Shown here: piece after piece, positions 39,061-48,738 of the stretch
How the letters are laid out: every line of letters starts with the position of its first letter
Position numbering within the stretch: the first letter of the stretch is position 1
NCBI GenBank assembly: GCA_030430245.1
Contig: JAUIFY010000001.1
Span: 12,878 to 76,877 of the forward strand
Length of the DNA: 64,000 nt
DNA from: a bacterium
GTDB taxonomy: Bacteria > Desulfobacterota > Binatia > UBA12015
Reading direction: 5' to 3'
Notes under the pieces: generated by a model
Told to the model about the DNA's origin: nothing
What the model saw: the letters and a program-made list of their open reading frames with translations, nothing else
Database searches by the model: none
Translations under genes and position numbers: made by a program

Positions 39061-40332
39061 TCAGCCACCGGGCTTCTTGTCGACGATCAGGTCGAGTCCG
39101 GCGAGGCCGCGCAGGACGAAGCTCGGCTCGTACTCGACCTGGTAGCCGGGGGCGAACCGAAACGACTCGATGCGTCGCGCGAACTCCTCGAAGGCGATTT
39201 GCGCCTCGAGTCGAGCCAGCGGCGCGCCGGGACAGACGTGGGTGCCTTTCCCGAAGGCGATGTGATCCTTCACGTTCGCCCGCGTCGGATCGAACCGGTC
39301 GGGATCGGGGAAGTACGTCTCGTCGCGATTCGCCGAGCCGAAGATGATCCAGAGCCGGGCCCCCTCGGGGAGCTTCGTCCCGCAGAGCTCGGTGTCGGCC
39401 GTGACCGTGCGGAAGAGCCCCTGGTTCGGGCTGCTCAGCCGGAGTGCCTCTTCGACCATCGCGGGGATCGTCGACGGATCGTCCTGGATCCGTCGCCACT
39501 CGGCCGGGTTCTCGATCAAGAGACGGATGGCCTCGGCGAGGAGCTTCGTCGTGGTCTCGTTCCCCGCGACCATGAACTGGCGCATCATGCTGATGAACTC
39601 CGCGACGTCGAGCTTGCGGACCGCCCCGGTGTGGTCCTCGAAGTCCGCGTTCACGAGGTTCGAGACGATGTCGTCGCGCGGGTTCTTTCTGCTCTCCTCG
39701 TAGCGGCCGGCCCAGTAGTGCTGGGATTCGACGACGCCGCGCGCCGCCTCGATCCGCCGCTCGTCGGAGATCCTCGTTCCGAGGGTCGCGACGGAGTCGT
39801 CCGACCAGCGGCGTACGTCCTTCGCCCGCTCGGCTTCGATCGAGAGAGCGTACGAGATCGCCTTGATCGGGAACGGGGTTCCGAAGCTCGGGTCGAAGGC
39901 GATCTCTCCGTGGTCGGGCCACGCGTCGATGAGCTGGTTCGTCACGTCGCGCAGCAGCGGCTCGAACTCCCGGATCCGGCGCGGGGTGAAGGGCTTGCCG
40001 ATCGCCTTGCGATACCGCGTTTGCGCGGGAGGATCGGCCGTCAGCATCGTGGGCACCATCGGGTAGCCCTCGGCCGCGATCTTCTTGATCTCCTCGTCGA
40101 CCTCGGGCCGTCCGCCACGGTCGGTTCGCGCCTTGGCCGATTCCGAGGAGAACAGGTTGGGTCGCCCGAGAACCTCGAGGACGGCGTCCATGGTCGAAAC
40201 GAAGTAGAGGCCCGACTTCTCGTGATGAAAGACCGGCGCGGTGCGGCGCAGAGCCGCGTAGTAGGGAAACGGGTTCTGCTGCGCTGTTCGCTCGATCGGG
40301 TCGTACGTCGAGAGATCGATCTCGCTGCTCAC
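39061..40332 (-). CDS. Cytochrome P450
   Basis: AGNETT I-helix, EEALR, SANRD, FGKGTHVCPG heme ligand. Confidence 0.95.
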   Translation of the reverse strand: MSSEIDLSTYDPIERTAQQNPFPYYAALRRTAPVFHHEKSGLYFVSTMDAVLEVLGRPNLFSSESAKARTDRGGRPEVDEEIKKIAAEGYPMVPTMLTADPPAQTRYRKAIGKPFTPRRIREFEPLLRDVTNQLIDAWPDHGEIAFDPSFGTPFPIKAISYALSIEAERAKDVRRWSDDSVATLGTRISDERRIEAARGVVESQHYWAGRYEESRKNPRDDIVSNLVNADFEDHTGAVRKLDVAEFISMMRQFMVAGNETTTKLLAEAIRLLIENPAEWRRIQDDPSTIPAMVEEALRLSSPNQGLFRTVTADTELCGTKLPEGARLWIIFGSANRDETYFPDPDRFDPTRANVKDHIAFGKGTHVCPGAPLARLEAQIAFEEFARRIESFRFAPGYQVEYEPSFVLRGLAGLDLIVDKKPGG

Positions 40333-40682
40333 GTGTCGTCCTCGGTCGTGAAGAAGTCCGCGCGCGGCTTGCCGTCGCGGTCGTAGACGGGCTCTTGCAC
40401 GTCGATGCGATATTTCGAGATGTCCGTGGAGAGGCGCCGGAACGATCCGAGGGTCTTGCGCATCTCCCGATAGAGGGGGCCTTCGAAGTGCGCGGAGAGA
40501 GACGCTTCGTCCTCCCACCGCTCGAAGACGTACATGCGCTCCGGCACCGCGGGATCCGGGGTCCACACGTAGTCGAGGCACCCGGGCAGCTCTCGCGTCC
40601 GGGCGGAGAGCTCGCGTGCGGCTTCCACGGCGGCATCGCGCTCGTCGGGGGCGAAGTCCAGGGTGCCAGCGATGATGATCAT
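40329..40682 (-). CDS. ABM-family (putative quinol monooxygenase) protein
   Basis: MIIIAG...TRELPGCLDY...VFERWEDEASLSAHF; overlaps neighbours at both ends. Confidence 0.88.
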   Translation of the reverse strand: MIIIAGTLDFAPDERDAAVEAARELSARTRELPGCLDYVWTPDPAVPERMYVFERWEDEASLSAHFEGPLYREMRKTLGSFRRLSTDISKYRIDVQEPVYDRDGKPRADFFTTEDDT

Positions 40683-41863
40683 TTCCTTCCCTTGCCGGTG
40701 CGGGGCAGACCGAGGATGCGCTCGGCGATGATGTTGCGTTGGATCTCGCTGCTGCCGCCGAAGATCGTATAGGCGCGCGACCAGAGCTCGCGCCACTGCC
40801 AGATGCCGCGGTCGATCCCGTCGTCCAACCAGTGCTGCGCGGCCAGGCCCTGCGCCTCGTTCGCCAGACGCGAGAGGCGTTGGTCGTACTCGGACATCTG
40901 GAGCTTCAGGAGGCTCGACGCGGGCCCGGCCTTCCGGCCGGTGCGCACCTCTTCGACCGACTGGAGCACCTGTTGCTTCAGGACCTCGAACTCGATGCGG
41001 CACTGCGCGAATCGCTGCCGGAAGCTCGGGTCGTCCGCGAGCGATCTGCCCGCGCGGTGCGTGATTCGTGCGCGCTCCGCGATCTGGTCCAGGAAATCGC
41101 CGAACCGGAGCATCGCCAGGTTGGCGCCGCGCTCGTGCGCGAGGACGTGGTTCGCGACCTCCCAGCCCTGGGTCGGCCGGCCGACCATGTGGGCCGCCGG
41201 GACGCGGACGTCCTCGAAGAACACCTGACAGAAGTCGACGTCGGTCGTGATGTTCACGATCGGCGCGACCTCGATCCCGGGGCTCTTCATGTCGATCAGC
41301 AAGAAGCCGATGCCGGCCTGCTTGCGCGCTTCGGGATCGGTGCGCACCAGGGCGAAGATCCAGTCGGCGTGCGTGCCGTAGGTGGTCCAGATCTTCGTCC
41401 CGTTCACGACGTAGTCGTCGCCGTCGAGCACCGCGCGCGTTTGGAGGCTCGCCAGATCCGACCCCGCTCCCGGCTCCGAGTAGCCCTGACACCAGATCTC
41501 GTCGGCCGAGAGGATGCCCGGCAAGAAGCGGCGCTTCTGCTCTTCGGTGCCGTACTCGAGGAGCGCGGGGACGCACTGCTTGACGCCTACCTGGTTGGCG
41601 ATGGGAGGTGCGCTCGCCCGGACCATCTCCTCGGCCCGGATCAGCTCGTGCTCGGCGGAGAGTCCCTGGCCGCCGTACGCGCGCGGGAGGGTCAGGCCCA
41701 TGTAGCCGGCGTCGAACAGCGTGCGCTGCCACGCGCGGATCTCGTCGAACCGACGCTCCGGGACCTCGTAGGGGGTCGCGGCGAACTCCTCCTGCCACCA
41801 CGCCGGCACGTGGTCGTCGAGCCAGCGGCGCAGATCGGTGCGCCAGTCGTCGAGTGCGCTCAT
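40679..41863 (-). CDS. Acyl-CoA dehydrogenase (catalytic subunit of a probable heteromeric pair)
   Basis: WCQGYSEPGAGSDLA, NGTKIWT, GWEVA..VLAHERG, TIFGGSSEIQRNIIAE. Confidence 0.93.
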   Translation of the reverse strand: MSALDDWRTDLRRWLDDHVPAWWQEEFAATPYEVPERRFDEIRAWQRTLFDAGYMGLTLPRAYGGQGLSAEHELIRAEEMVRASAPPIANQVGVKQCVPALLEYGTEEQKRRFLPGILSADEIWCQGYSEPGAGSDLASLQTRAVLDGDDYVVNGTKIWTTYGTHADWIFALVRTDPEARKQAGIGFLLIDMKSPGIEVAPIVNITTDVDFCQVFFEDVRVPAAHMVGRPTQGWEVANHVLAHERGANLAMLRFGDFLDQIAERARITHRAGRSLADDPSFRQRFAQCRIEFEVLKQQVLQSVEEVRTGRKAGPASSLLKLQMSEYDQRLSRLANEAQGLAAQHWLDDGIDRGIWQWRELWSRAYTIFGGSSEIQRNIIAERILGLPRTGKGRK

Positions 41864-42963
41864 AGTCCGGCTCCGCGCGCGATCCGCTCGCGGTGCTCGT
41901 CCGGGTGCCCGGCCGTGATCTCGTTGGCGCGTGCGCGCTTGTAGAAGAGGTGGCAGTCGAACTCCCACGTGAACCCGACGCCGCCGTGGATCTGGATCCC
42001 CTCGGCGGCGACCTCCCGGTAGGCCTCGGTCGCGTAGGCCTTGGCCATCGAGCAGGCGAACGCGCCGTCGTCCCGATGGCGCTCGAGCTCGCGGGCCGCG
42101 TGGTAGGTGATCGCACGCGCCCCTTCCGTTCGTACGAGCATGTCCGAGCACTTGTGCTTGATCGCCTGGTTCGCTCCGATCGGCGCGCCGAACTGGACGC
42201 GCTCCTTCGCGTAGGCGACGGTGCTCTCCAGGACCCGTGCGCATCCCCCCACCGCCTCGGCCGCGAGGGCGAGCCAGTGGATGGGCTCGGCGTGGGGCCA
42301 CAGCGCCGCGAGCCGACCGACGAGGCGGGCCGGGGTGCCTTCGAACGTGACGCGATGGAGCGGTCGCGTCTCGTCCATCGTCGCCGGGGACTCGACGGTG
42401 ACGCCGTCCGCGTCTCGGTCGACGAGGACCCAGACGAGATCGTCGTGGGCGTCGCGTACGGCGACGACGATCTGGTCGGCCACCGGCACGTCCGCGACGA
42501 ACGCCTTGGTGCCCGTGACACCCGCAGCCTCCGACCAGTGCGCCGCGAACGTCGTCGGGTCGTCTCCCTCGACCTCCGCGAACGCGACGGCGAGAACGAG
42601 GTCGCCGGCCGCGACGCGCGGGCACGCCTCGCGTGCGAGGCCCGCATCGTCGCTCCGTGCGAGGAGGGCGGTTCCGAGCAGGGTGCTCAGGTACGCGGAC
42701 GGAACGAGACCGCGCCCCAGCTCCTCGAGGACGATGGTCTGCTCGACGAACGTGAGCGCCATGCCGCCGTGCTCTTCGGGAAGGAGCAGCCCGAGCCAGC
42801 CCATCTCTGCGAACTGCTTCCACAGCGCGGCGTGCATCTCGGCCCGCCGTGTCGGCTCGGACCGGGTCCACTCCCGAACCCGGGCGATCGGATGGCGCGC
42901 GGCGAGGAGCTCGCGGGCGGAATCGCGCAGCAGGAGCTGCTCGTCGGTCAGGAGCGTCGTCAC
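41860..42963 (-). CDS. Acyl-CoA dehydrogenase (partner subunit)
   Basis: YAKERVQFGAPIG.NQAIKH, IQIHGGVGFTWE; short C-terminus. Confidence 0.9.
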   Translation of the reverse strand: MTTLLTDEQLLLRDSARELLAARHPIARVREWTRSEPTRRAEMHAALWKQFAEMGWLGLLLPEEHGGMALTFVEQTIVLEELGRGLVPSAYLSTLLGTALLARSDDAGLAREACPRVAAGDLVLAVAFAEVEGDDPTTFAAHWSEAAGVTGTKAFVADVPVADQIVVAVRDAHDDLVWVLVDRDADGVTVESPATMDETRPLHRVTFEGTPARLVGRLAALWPHAEPIHWLALAAEAVGGCARVLESTVAYAKERVQFGAPIGANQAIKHKCSDMLVRTEGARAITYHAARELERHRDDGAFACSMAKAYATEAYREVAAEGIQIHGGVGFTWEFDCHLFYKRARANEITAGHPDEHRERIARGAGL

Positions 42964-43727
42964 GCCCCCTCCGGACGAACCGCATCGAGGCCGCCGATCG
43001 CCCAGCGGAGGCCCCGGCGCAAGAGCTCGTAGTAGACGGGCAGCTCCCAGGAGCCGCGCTCGATCTTCGGGTACACGTCCATACGCGGCCGCATGTCGTG
43101 CTTCCCGCGGCAATGGCCGAGCGTCAGGTAGAGGACCTCGCCCCGTCCTTCGGGGTGCAGGTACATCACGAGTCGCGGATCGTCGTTCGGCCAGTCGCGG
43201 TCGACGAAGCCGCGCGCTTCGCCGGTGAAGCGCGTCTCCAGAAGGGGCTCGATCTCTCCGTAGTAGTCGCAGAGATAGAGCTCGTCGTCGGTCTCGAAGT
43301 CCTCGATTCCGGCGACCAGGGGGTGGTCGGGCCGTGTCGTGCGGACGCGGTAGGGGGCGATCGGTGGGTGGGCGAGGAAGCGCGATCCGAGCGCCCGCAT
43401 CATCACCGCGTGGGTGCGCAGCGCCTTCACGCCGTCGTCCCGGAACTCGAAGACGGAGTTCGTGCCGTGCAGCGCGAACCAGCGGCGGCCGCTGGCGACG
43501 TACGCGGCCAGCGCTTCCTGCTGCTCGGTCGGCACGGGATCGAGATCGCAGGTGTAGGTCACGAGGAAGTCGGACGCATCGAGGGCGGCCAGGTCGGAGA
43601 AGTTCTCGGCGAGGCGGGTCCGAACGTCCTCGTGCTCGCCGAGGAGCTTCAGCAGCTCGAGGCGTGCGAAGTCGAAGTCGTGCCATCGTCCTCCGCAGAC
43701 GAGGTATGCCGAGACCGGGCTACTCAC
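42960..43727 (-). CDS. ThuA-like (trehalose utilisation/class I GATase-like) domain protein
   Basis: GGRWHDFD, WFALHGT, GSRFLAHPP, DELY, GEVLYLTLGH. Confidence 0.85.
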   Translation of the reverse strand: MSSPVSAYLVCGGRWHDFDFARLELLKLLGEHEDVRTRLAENFSDLAALDASDFLVTYTCDLDPVPTEQQEALAAYVASGRRWFALHGTNSVFEFRDDGVKALRTHAVMMRALGSRFLAHPPIAPYRVRTTRPDHPLVAGIEDFETDDELYLCDYYGEIEPLLETRFTGEARGFVDRDWPNDDPRLVMYLHPEGRGEVLYLTLGHCRGKHDMRPRMDVYPKIERGSWELPVYYELLRRGLRWAIGGLDAVRPEGA

Positions 43728-43752
43728 GCCGACATCTCTCCGGAGGACGGGC

Positions 43753-44511
43753 TCAGAAGTTCACCCTCTTCGTGTACCCGCCGTCCACGATGAGGTGGAC
43801 TCCGGTGATGTGCTTCGCGGCCGGGCTCGAGAGGAACACGACCGCGTTCGCCACATCCTGCGCTTCGCCCATCTTCCCGCCGGGATGGTCGGCGAGCGCC
43901 GCTTCGTACATCGCGGGTCGTCCCTGCTTGATGCGGTCCCACGAGCCGCCTTCGATGAAGATCGGCCCCGGTGAGACGGTATTCACCCGGATGCCCTTCG
44001 CGCCGAGGCTCTGCGACAGTCCGTTTGCGTGCGTCACCAGGGCCGCCTTCATGGCGTTGTAGGAGGTCGGCCCCATGAAGGTCTCGACGGCCGCAGTCGT
44101 TCCGATGAACATCACGCTGGCCGCGTCCGAGGCCTCGAGCGCCTCCTGCGCCGCCTCCACGCTCCGTACGGCACCGAGCACGTCCACCTCGAAGTTCGCC
44201 CGCCAGGCGGCTTCGTCCACACCGTTGCCGCCGCTCGGATTGCTCACGAGGATGTCGAGCCCGCCCAGGGCTTCGATCGAGGCAGAGATGAAGGCCCGGA
44301 GAGCGTCTCCGTCGCCGACGTCCGCCACCTGTCCGTGGACGCGAACGCCCTTCGCCTCGAGATCCTTCTTCGTCGCGTCCACGGCTTCCTGCGTGCGGGA
44401 GCAGATCGCGAGATCGACGCCTTCGCCCGCGAGCGTCTCCGCGATCGCACGGCCGATGCCGCGCGTTGCTCCGGTGACGAGCGCCTTCTTTCCCTTCAAT
44501 CCCAGGTCCAC
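43753..44511 (-). CDS. SDR-family oxidoreductase
   Basis: TGATRGIG, YNAMK, NTVSPG. Confidence 0.93.
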   Translation of the reverse strand: MDLGLKGKKALVTGATRGIGRAIAETLAGEGVDLAICSRTQEAVDATKKDLEAKGVRVHGQVADVGDGDALRAFISASIEALGGLDILVSNPSGGNGVDEAAWRANFEVDVLGAVRSVEAAQEALEASDAASVMFIGTTAAVETFMGPTSYNAMKAALVTHANGLSQSLGAKGIRVNTVSPGPIFIEGGSWDRIKQGRPAMYEAALADHPGGKMGEAQDVANAVVFLSSPAAKHITGVHLIVDGGYTKRVNF

Positions 44512-44520
44512 GTTCGACTC

Positions 44521-45294
44521 CTATGCGCAGTAGCCGCCATCGACGGGGATCTCGGCGCCCGTGATGAAGCTCGATTCGTCGGATGCGAGGAAGACGGCCA
44601 CGGCGGCGATCTCCTCTGGTTGGCCGATCCGTCCCATCGGATGACGAGATCCGAACGCGGCGATACCGGCGTCTCGGGTCGGGCTCGCCGAAAGATACCG
44701 GTCGAGAATCGGTGTCTCGACGACGCCGGGGCAGATCGCGTTGCAGCGGATGTTCCACTTCTCTTCGGCGCAGCGAAGAGCGACCGATCGCGTCAGCGCG
44801 AGTACCGCCGCTTTGCTCGCGCAGTAGGCCGGGTACTTCGAGCCAGCTCGGATCGCCAGCGACGAGGCGATGTTGACGATCGTGCCGCCGCCCGCCCGGC
44901 GGAGCGCGTCCACGCCGTGCTTGCAGCCGAGGAAGACGCCGTCGGCGTTCACGCGCATCACGTGGCTCCAGTGGTCCAGCGTCGCCTCGTCGATGGTTGC
45001 AGGTACGCTGATGCCGGCGCAGTTGAGCACCGTGTCGACCTTGCCGAACTTCGCTTCCGCGGCAGCGACCGCCTGGTGCCAGTCGCTCTCCGAGGTCACG
45101 TCGAGGTGGACCGCCAAGGCCGCCGTGCCGATCTCGTTCGCGAGCGAGGCGGTCACGGTGTCCTGCAGGTCTCCGATCGCGACCTTCGCGCCCGCCGCGG
45201 CCATGGCGCGACAGCTCGCCGCGCCGATCCCGGAGGCTCCCCCGGTGACGAGCGCTACTTTGCCGTCCAGGCGCGGAGACGGGGCGTGGGTCAT
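44521..45294 (-). CDS. SDR-family oxidoreductase (hydroxysteroid/cyclopentanol dehydrogenase-like)
   Basis: TGGASGIG, NCAG, YCASK, FITGAEIPVDGG; RBS GAGGAGG. Confidence 0.93.
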   Translation of the reverse strand: MTHAPSPRLDGKVALVTGGASGIGAASCRAMAAAGAKVAIGDLQDTVTASLANEIGTAALAVHLDVTSESDWHQAVAAAEAKFGKVDTVLNCAGISVPATIDEATLDHWSHVMRVNADGVFLGCKHGVDALRRAGGGTIVNIASSLAIRAGSKYPAYCASKAAVLALTRSVALRCAEEKWNIRCNAICPGVVETPILDRYLSASPTRDAGIAAFGSRHPMGRIGQPEEIAAVAVFLASDESSFITGAEIPVDGGYCA

Positions 45295-45321
45295 GCGGTC
45301 GGTTTCCTCCTCGGGGGTTGT

Positions 45322-45341
45322 GCGGTCTAGCTAGTGACCGC
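45322..45341. promoter_or_regulatory. Palindromic operator-like site in a divergent promoter region
   Basis: GCGGTC-TAGCTAGT-GACCGC between the SDR operon and the acyl-CoA synthetase. Confidence 0.5.
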
Positions 45342-45396
45342 TACGGAGGTTCTACCTGTTCCTGGTCGGTGATCAACGCGCCGGCCCACCGTCCGC

Positions 45397-46920
45397 ATGA
45401 GACTCTTCGCCGAGATCGCCGCCGCTCGCCCCGACGAGGTGGCGTTGCAGGATGCCGGCCGTGCGTACCGGTGGGCCGAGGTGGACGACGTGCTGAACCG
45501 CGTCGTGGAGACGCTCCTGGGCGCGGATCTGGGCGAGAGGCGCCGCGTCGCCGTCTTCGCGGAGAACTCGGCCGAGACGGTGCTTGCCCACGTCGGTGGC
45601 TTGCTGGGGAGCGCGTCGGTCGTGCCCGTGAACTTTCATCTGAAGGCGTCCGAGGCGGCGTACATCCTCTCCGATTCGGAGGCGCGGCTATTGTTCGTCG
45701 GTCCCGAGAACCTCGAGGCGGGACTCGCGGCCGCGGCCGAGGCGGGCGTGCCGGCGGTCGTGGGCTGGCGCTGCCCGGAGCGCGACGGCGTGACGGCGTG
45801 GGAGGCGTGGATCGCCGAGGCTTCGGGCGACCCGGCTCCGGAGGGGCACGCGCCTCGTCCGAACCTCATGTACACGTCGGGGACGACGGGCCGACCCAAG
45901 GGTACGGAGCTTCCCCCGACGATGTTCGCGGGGGGCGCGAGCATCACGGACCTCCAGCGTCAGCTTCGCGAGGAGAGCTGGTGCAAATACGGTCGGCACC
46001 TCGTCGTCGGGCCGCTCTACCACACCGGCCCCTTGCGCGCGGTCCGCATTCTCGGTGGGGGCGTGCCGATCGTCGTTGGGGGGAGGTTCGACGCGGAAGA
46101 GACGCTGCGCACGATCGAGCGCCATGCGGTCGAGTCGACGATCATGGTGCCGACGCACTTCATCCGCCTTCTCGCGCTGCCGCCCGAGGTACGCGATCGC
46201 TACGACGTCTCGAGTCTGCGCATGGTCTACCACACCGGAGCCGCGTGCCCGATCGACGTGAAGCGAGCGATGCTCGAATGGTGGGGGCCCGTTTTGCACG
46301 AGGCGTATGGCGCCACCGAGGTCGGGACGACGTGCCGGATCGGACCCGAGGAGTGGCTGGAGCATCCCGGATCGGTCGGACGCCCCGTGCCTCCGTACGA
46401 CGTGATCGTCTGCGACGACGACGGAAACGAGCTGCCGGTGGGCGAGACCGGACGGCTCTTCTTCCGGGACGAGACCGGGCGCGGCGTCGTCTACCACAAC
46501 GATCGGGCCAAGTCGGAGGCCGCGCACCTGCGGCCGGGGGTCTTCACGCTCGGCGAGATCGGCCGTGTCGACGAGGCAGGCTACGTCTACATCACGGATC
46601 GATTCTCGGACATGATCGTGTCGGGGGGCGTGAACGTCTACCCGGCGGAAGCCGAGCAGACGCTCGCCGAGCATCCGCGGGTGCGGGACGTCGCGTGCGT
46701 GGGAGCGCCGCATCCCGAGATGGGCGAGGAGCTCGTCGCCATCGTGCAGCCGATCGACGCGGCCGATCCTCCGGAGGTCGCCGAGCTTCTCGCGTTCTGT
46801 CGCGAGCGACTCTCGCACTACAAGTGCCCGCGTCGGGTCGAGCTGAGGCCCGATCTCGGGCGAAACGCGATGGGTAAGATCGACAAGCGCGCGCTGCGCG
46901 CGAGCGTCGCCGGAGCGTGA
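45397..46920 (+). CDS. Acyl-CoA synthetase (AMP-binding enzyme)
   Basis: YTSGTTGRPKG, YGATE, DRFSDMIVSGGVNVYPAE, GKIDK. Confidence 0.95.
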   Translation: MRLFAEIAAARPDEVALQDAGRAYRWAEVDDVLNRVVETLLGADLGERRRVAVFAENSAETVLAHVGGLLGSASVVPVNFHLKASEAAYILSDSEARLLFVGPENLEAGLAAAAEAGVPAVVGWRCPERDGVTAWEAWIAEASGDPAPEGHAPRPNLMYTSGTTGRPKGTELPPTMFAGGASITDLQRQLREESWCKYGRHLVVGPLYHTGPLRAVRILGGGVPIVVGGRFDAEETLRTIERHAVESTIMVPTHFIRLLALPPEVRDRYDVSSLRMVYHTGAACPIDVKRAMLEWWGPVLHEAYGATEVGTTCRIGPEEWLEHPGSVGRPVPPYDVIVCDDDGNELPVGETGRLFFRDETGRGVVYHNDRAKSEAAHLRPGVFTLGEIGRVDEAGYVYITDRFSDMIVSGGVNVYPAEAEQTLAEHPRVRDVACVGAPHPEMGEELVAIVQPIDAADPPEVAELLAFCRERLSHYKCPRRVELRPDLGRNAMGKIDKRALRASVAGA

Positions 46921-46932
46921 GGGCCGGCCACA

Positions 46933-48462
46933 TCAGGGCACGCCGGCGACCGGCTGCATCTCGACGTCGCACACGCCCCCCACGGTCGCGCTCTCGACTC
47001 GAGGCGCGTCCCGACAGCTCTCGCCGCGCACCTGCATCCGGCAGGTGAGCTCGATCGGCTTTCCTGCGGAGAGCCAGCTCGGAACCTTTCGATGTCGGCC
47101 GATCGTGGCGAATCGACAGCCGGTCGGCGTTCCATAGGCGCGGCAGCCCGACGCTTGGCGAAGGGACACCTTGCGCGGGTCGAGGAGGAAGCCCGGGTAG
47201 TCGTCCCGAGCGGTGACGACGTCCCTTCGGGGAAGTGTCTCGATCGAGACCGACTCGAACTCGTAGCCGGCCGGCCGCTTCCGGCCGACCTCGACCCGCG
47301 TGTTCGCGATCAGGGCGAAATCCGAGCCCTTCCGCGCGACGGCGCCGGACATGTACTCGACGCGCTCGTGACCGGGAAAGCACTTCCCCATCGCCGGTGG
47401 GTGGTAGTAGTGGCGCAGTCGCTTGCTCTGCGCGGGAGGAGTGCCGACGAAGAGGGGCGCGAGCTTCGCGTCGTCCCCGAAGAGGATCGTCTCGACGTCC
47501 GCGCGGTTCTGCGCGTACATCGCCTGCAGCTGCGCGTAGCTCTCGTGTCCCGCCAGATCCGGACGTAGGAAGCACGACGTCAGTCCGGAGACCTGCGTCA
47601 GGTACTCGTCCCAGATGTTGTACTGCGAGACCTTCGACGCGACGCCTTCGAAGTCGCCCTCGAACCGGCAGCCCTGCCCGCGGGAGCACGCGTCGCGTGC
47701 GCGATTGCGGATCGAGAGCGCGATCACGTTCCTCTCGCACGCGCCGTACGCGCTGCAGCCGCGGTCGAGGTGTCCCTCGTAGATCGCCGTGCGCATTGCG
47801 TAGTCGAGGTGCCGGGCGCGGGCGAGGGCGTCCTTCGGCCAACGGCGCGCGCCCTCGCCCGCAAACGACGTCCATGCGTTCGCGAGCGCCCCGCGGCGGC
47901 CGACGAGCTGGGTCTGCGCCTGTCGGCACTGCGGCGAAGCGTGGAACGCGCGCACGATCGCGTCGAGCTCACTCGCGGGACGCACCGGCTCGGCCGCGCC
48001 CGACGGGGGAGGATCGAAGAACGGTGCCTTCGACATCTCGTACAGGTTTCGCACGCTCAAGACGTGGCGTACGGACGGGTCGCAGTGGTGGTTCTTCACC
48101 TGTCCGCGTTTTCTCTCCGCGAAGATGGAGCGGAACTTCGCGGTCGAGGCCGGGCTCGCGATGCGGGAGTCGACGACGATCTGGAAACCGACGTAGGGCG
48201 TGCCCCGGGGGTCGGTCAGCGGCTTCCCGCCGCGGAGGACGAGGCACGGGACGACGGAAGTCCCCTGGGTGAGCGTGCCTGCGGCGTTCGCCTGGGTGCC
48301 GCGACGCGCGAATGCTTCGATCTCCCAGAACGGCACGTCCAGCGGCCCGTTGAAGCGGTAGAGGGTCATGACCGGGGTCGCGGGGATGGCGCTCGCCGGA
48401 AGGGGGCCGGCGAGCGCCAGCAGCAGGACGACTCCGGCGAGGACGAAGCGCGCTCTCTCCAC
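46933..48462 (-). CDS. Secreted Cys-rich hypothetical protein with a putative SleB/Hydrolase_2-like lytic transglycosylase core
   Basis: GTG start with GAGG RBS; signal peptide ending ASA; motifs YAMRTAIYEG...ALSIRNRA...GVASKVSQYNIW...HYYHP. CDS is solid; function is inferred. Confidence 0.7.
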   Translation of the reverse strand: MERARFVLAGVVLLLALAGPLPASAIPATPVMTLYRFNGPLDVPFWEIEAFARRGTQANAAGTLTQGTSVVPCLVLRGGKPLTDPRGTPYVGFQIVVDSRIASPASTAKFRSIFAERKRGQVKNHHCDPSVRHVLSVRNLYEMSKAPFFDPPPSGAAEPVRPASELDAIVRAFHASPQCRQAQTQLVGRRGALANAWTSFAGEGARRWPKDALARARHLDYAMRTAIYEGHLDRGCSAYGACERNVIALSIRNRARDACSRGQGCRFEGDFEGVASKVSQYNIWDEYLTQVSGLTSCFLRPDLAGHESYAQLQAMYAQNRADVETILFGDDAKLAPLFVGTPPAQSKRLRHYYHPPAMGKCFPGHERVEYMSGAVARKGSDFALIANTRVEVGRKRPAGYEFESVSIETLPRRDVVTARDDYPGFLLDPRKVSLRQASGCRAYGTPTGCRFATIGRHRKVPSWLSAGKPIELTCRMQVRGESCRDAPRVESATVGGVCDVEMQPVAGVP

Positions 48463-48470
48463 TCTGAACC

Positions 48471-48641
48471 TCAGTCGAAGACGCTCCGCGCGACCGCTCC
48501 GTCGGTCCCGCGGAGGCCGCCGTGGCAGGTGCCGGCGGCGGAGGTAGGGACCTGCACGTCGGCCGGTGCCGCGGCGTCGAGCGGGACGTCGGCGCCCCGG
48601 AGGGGCACCTTCTTCTCGGACGGAGGGGCGGCGGCTCGCAC
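48471..48641 (-). CDS. Possible small ORF (about 56 aa) upstream of the Cys-rich protein
   Basis: High-GC3 codons (AAG AAG GTG, GAC GTG CAG GTC); stop lies 8 nt before the next start; start uncertain. Confidence 0.3.
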   Translation of the reverse strand: MRAAAPPSEKKVPLRGADVPLDAAAPADVQVPTSAAGTCHGGLRGTDGAVARSVFD

Positions 48642-48738
48642 TCCCGGATCTTCGCATGCGGGGTGGCCATTTCGCCACACGACCGATCGTGGGCACCGAG
48701 GTTCTCGACGGCTCGCGCCGATGATAGAAACGAATTCG

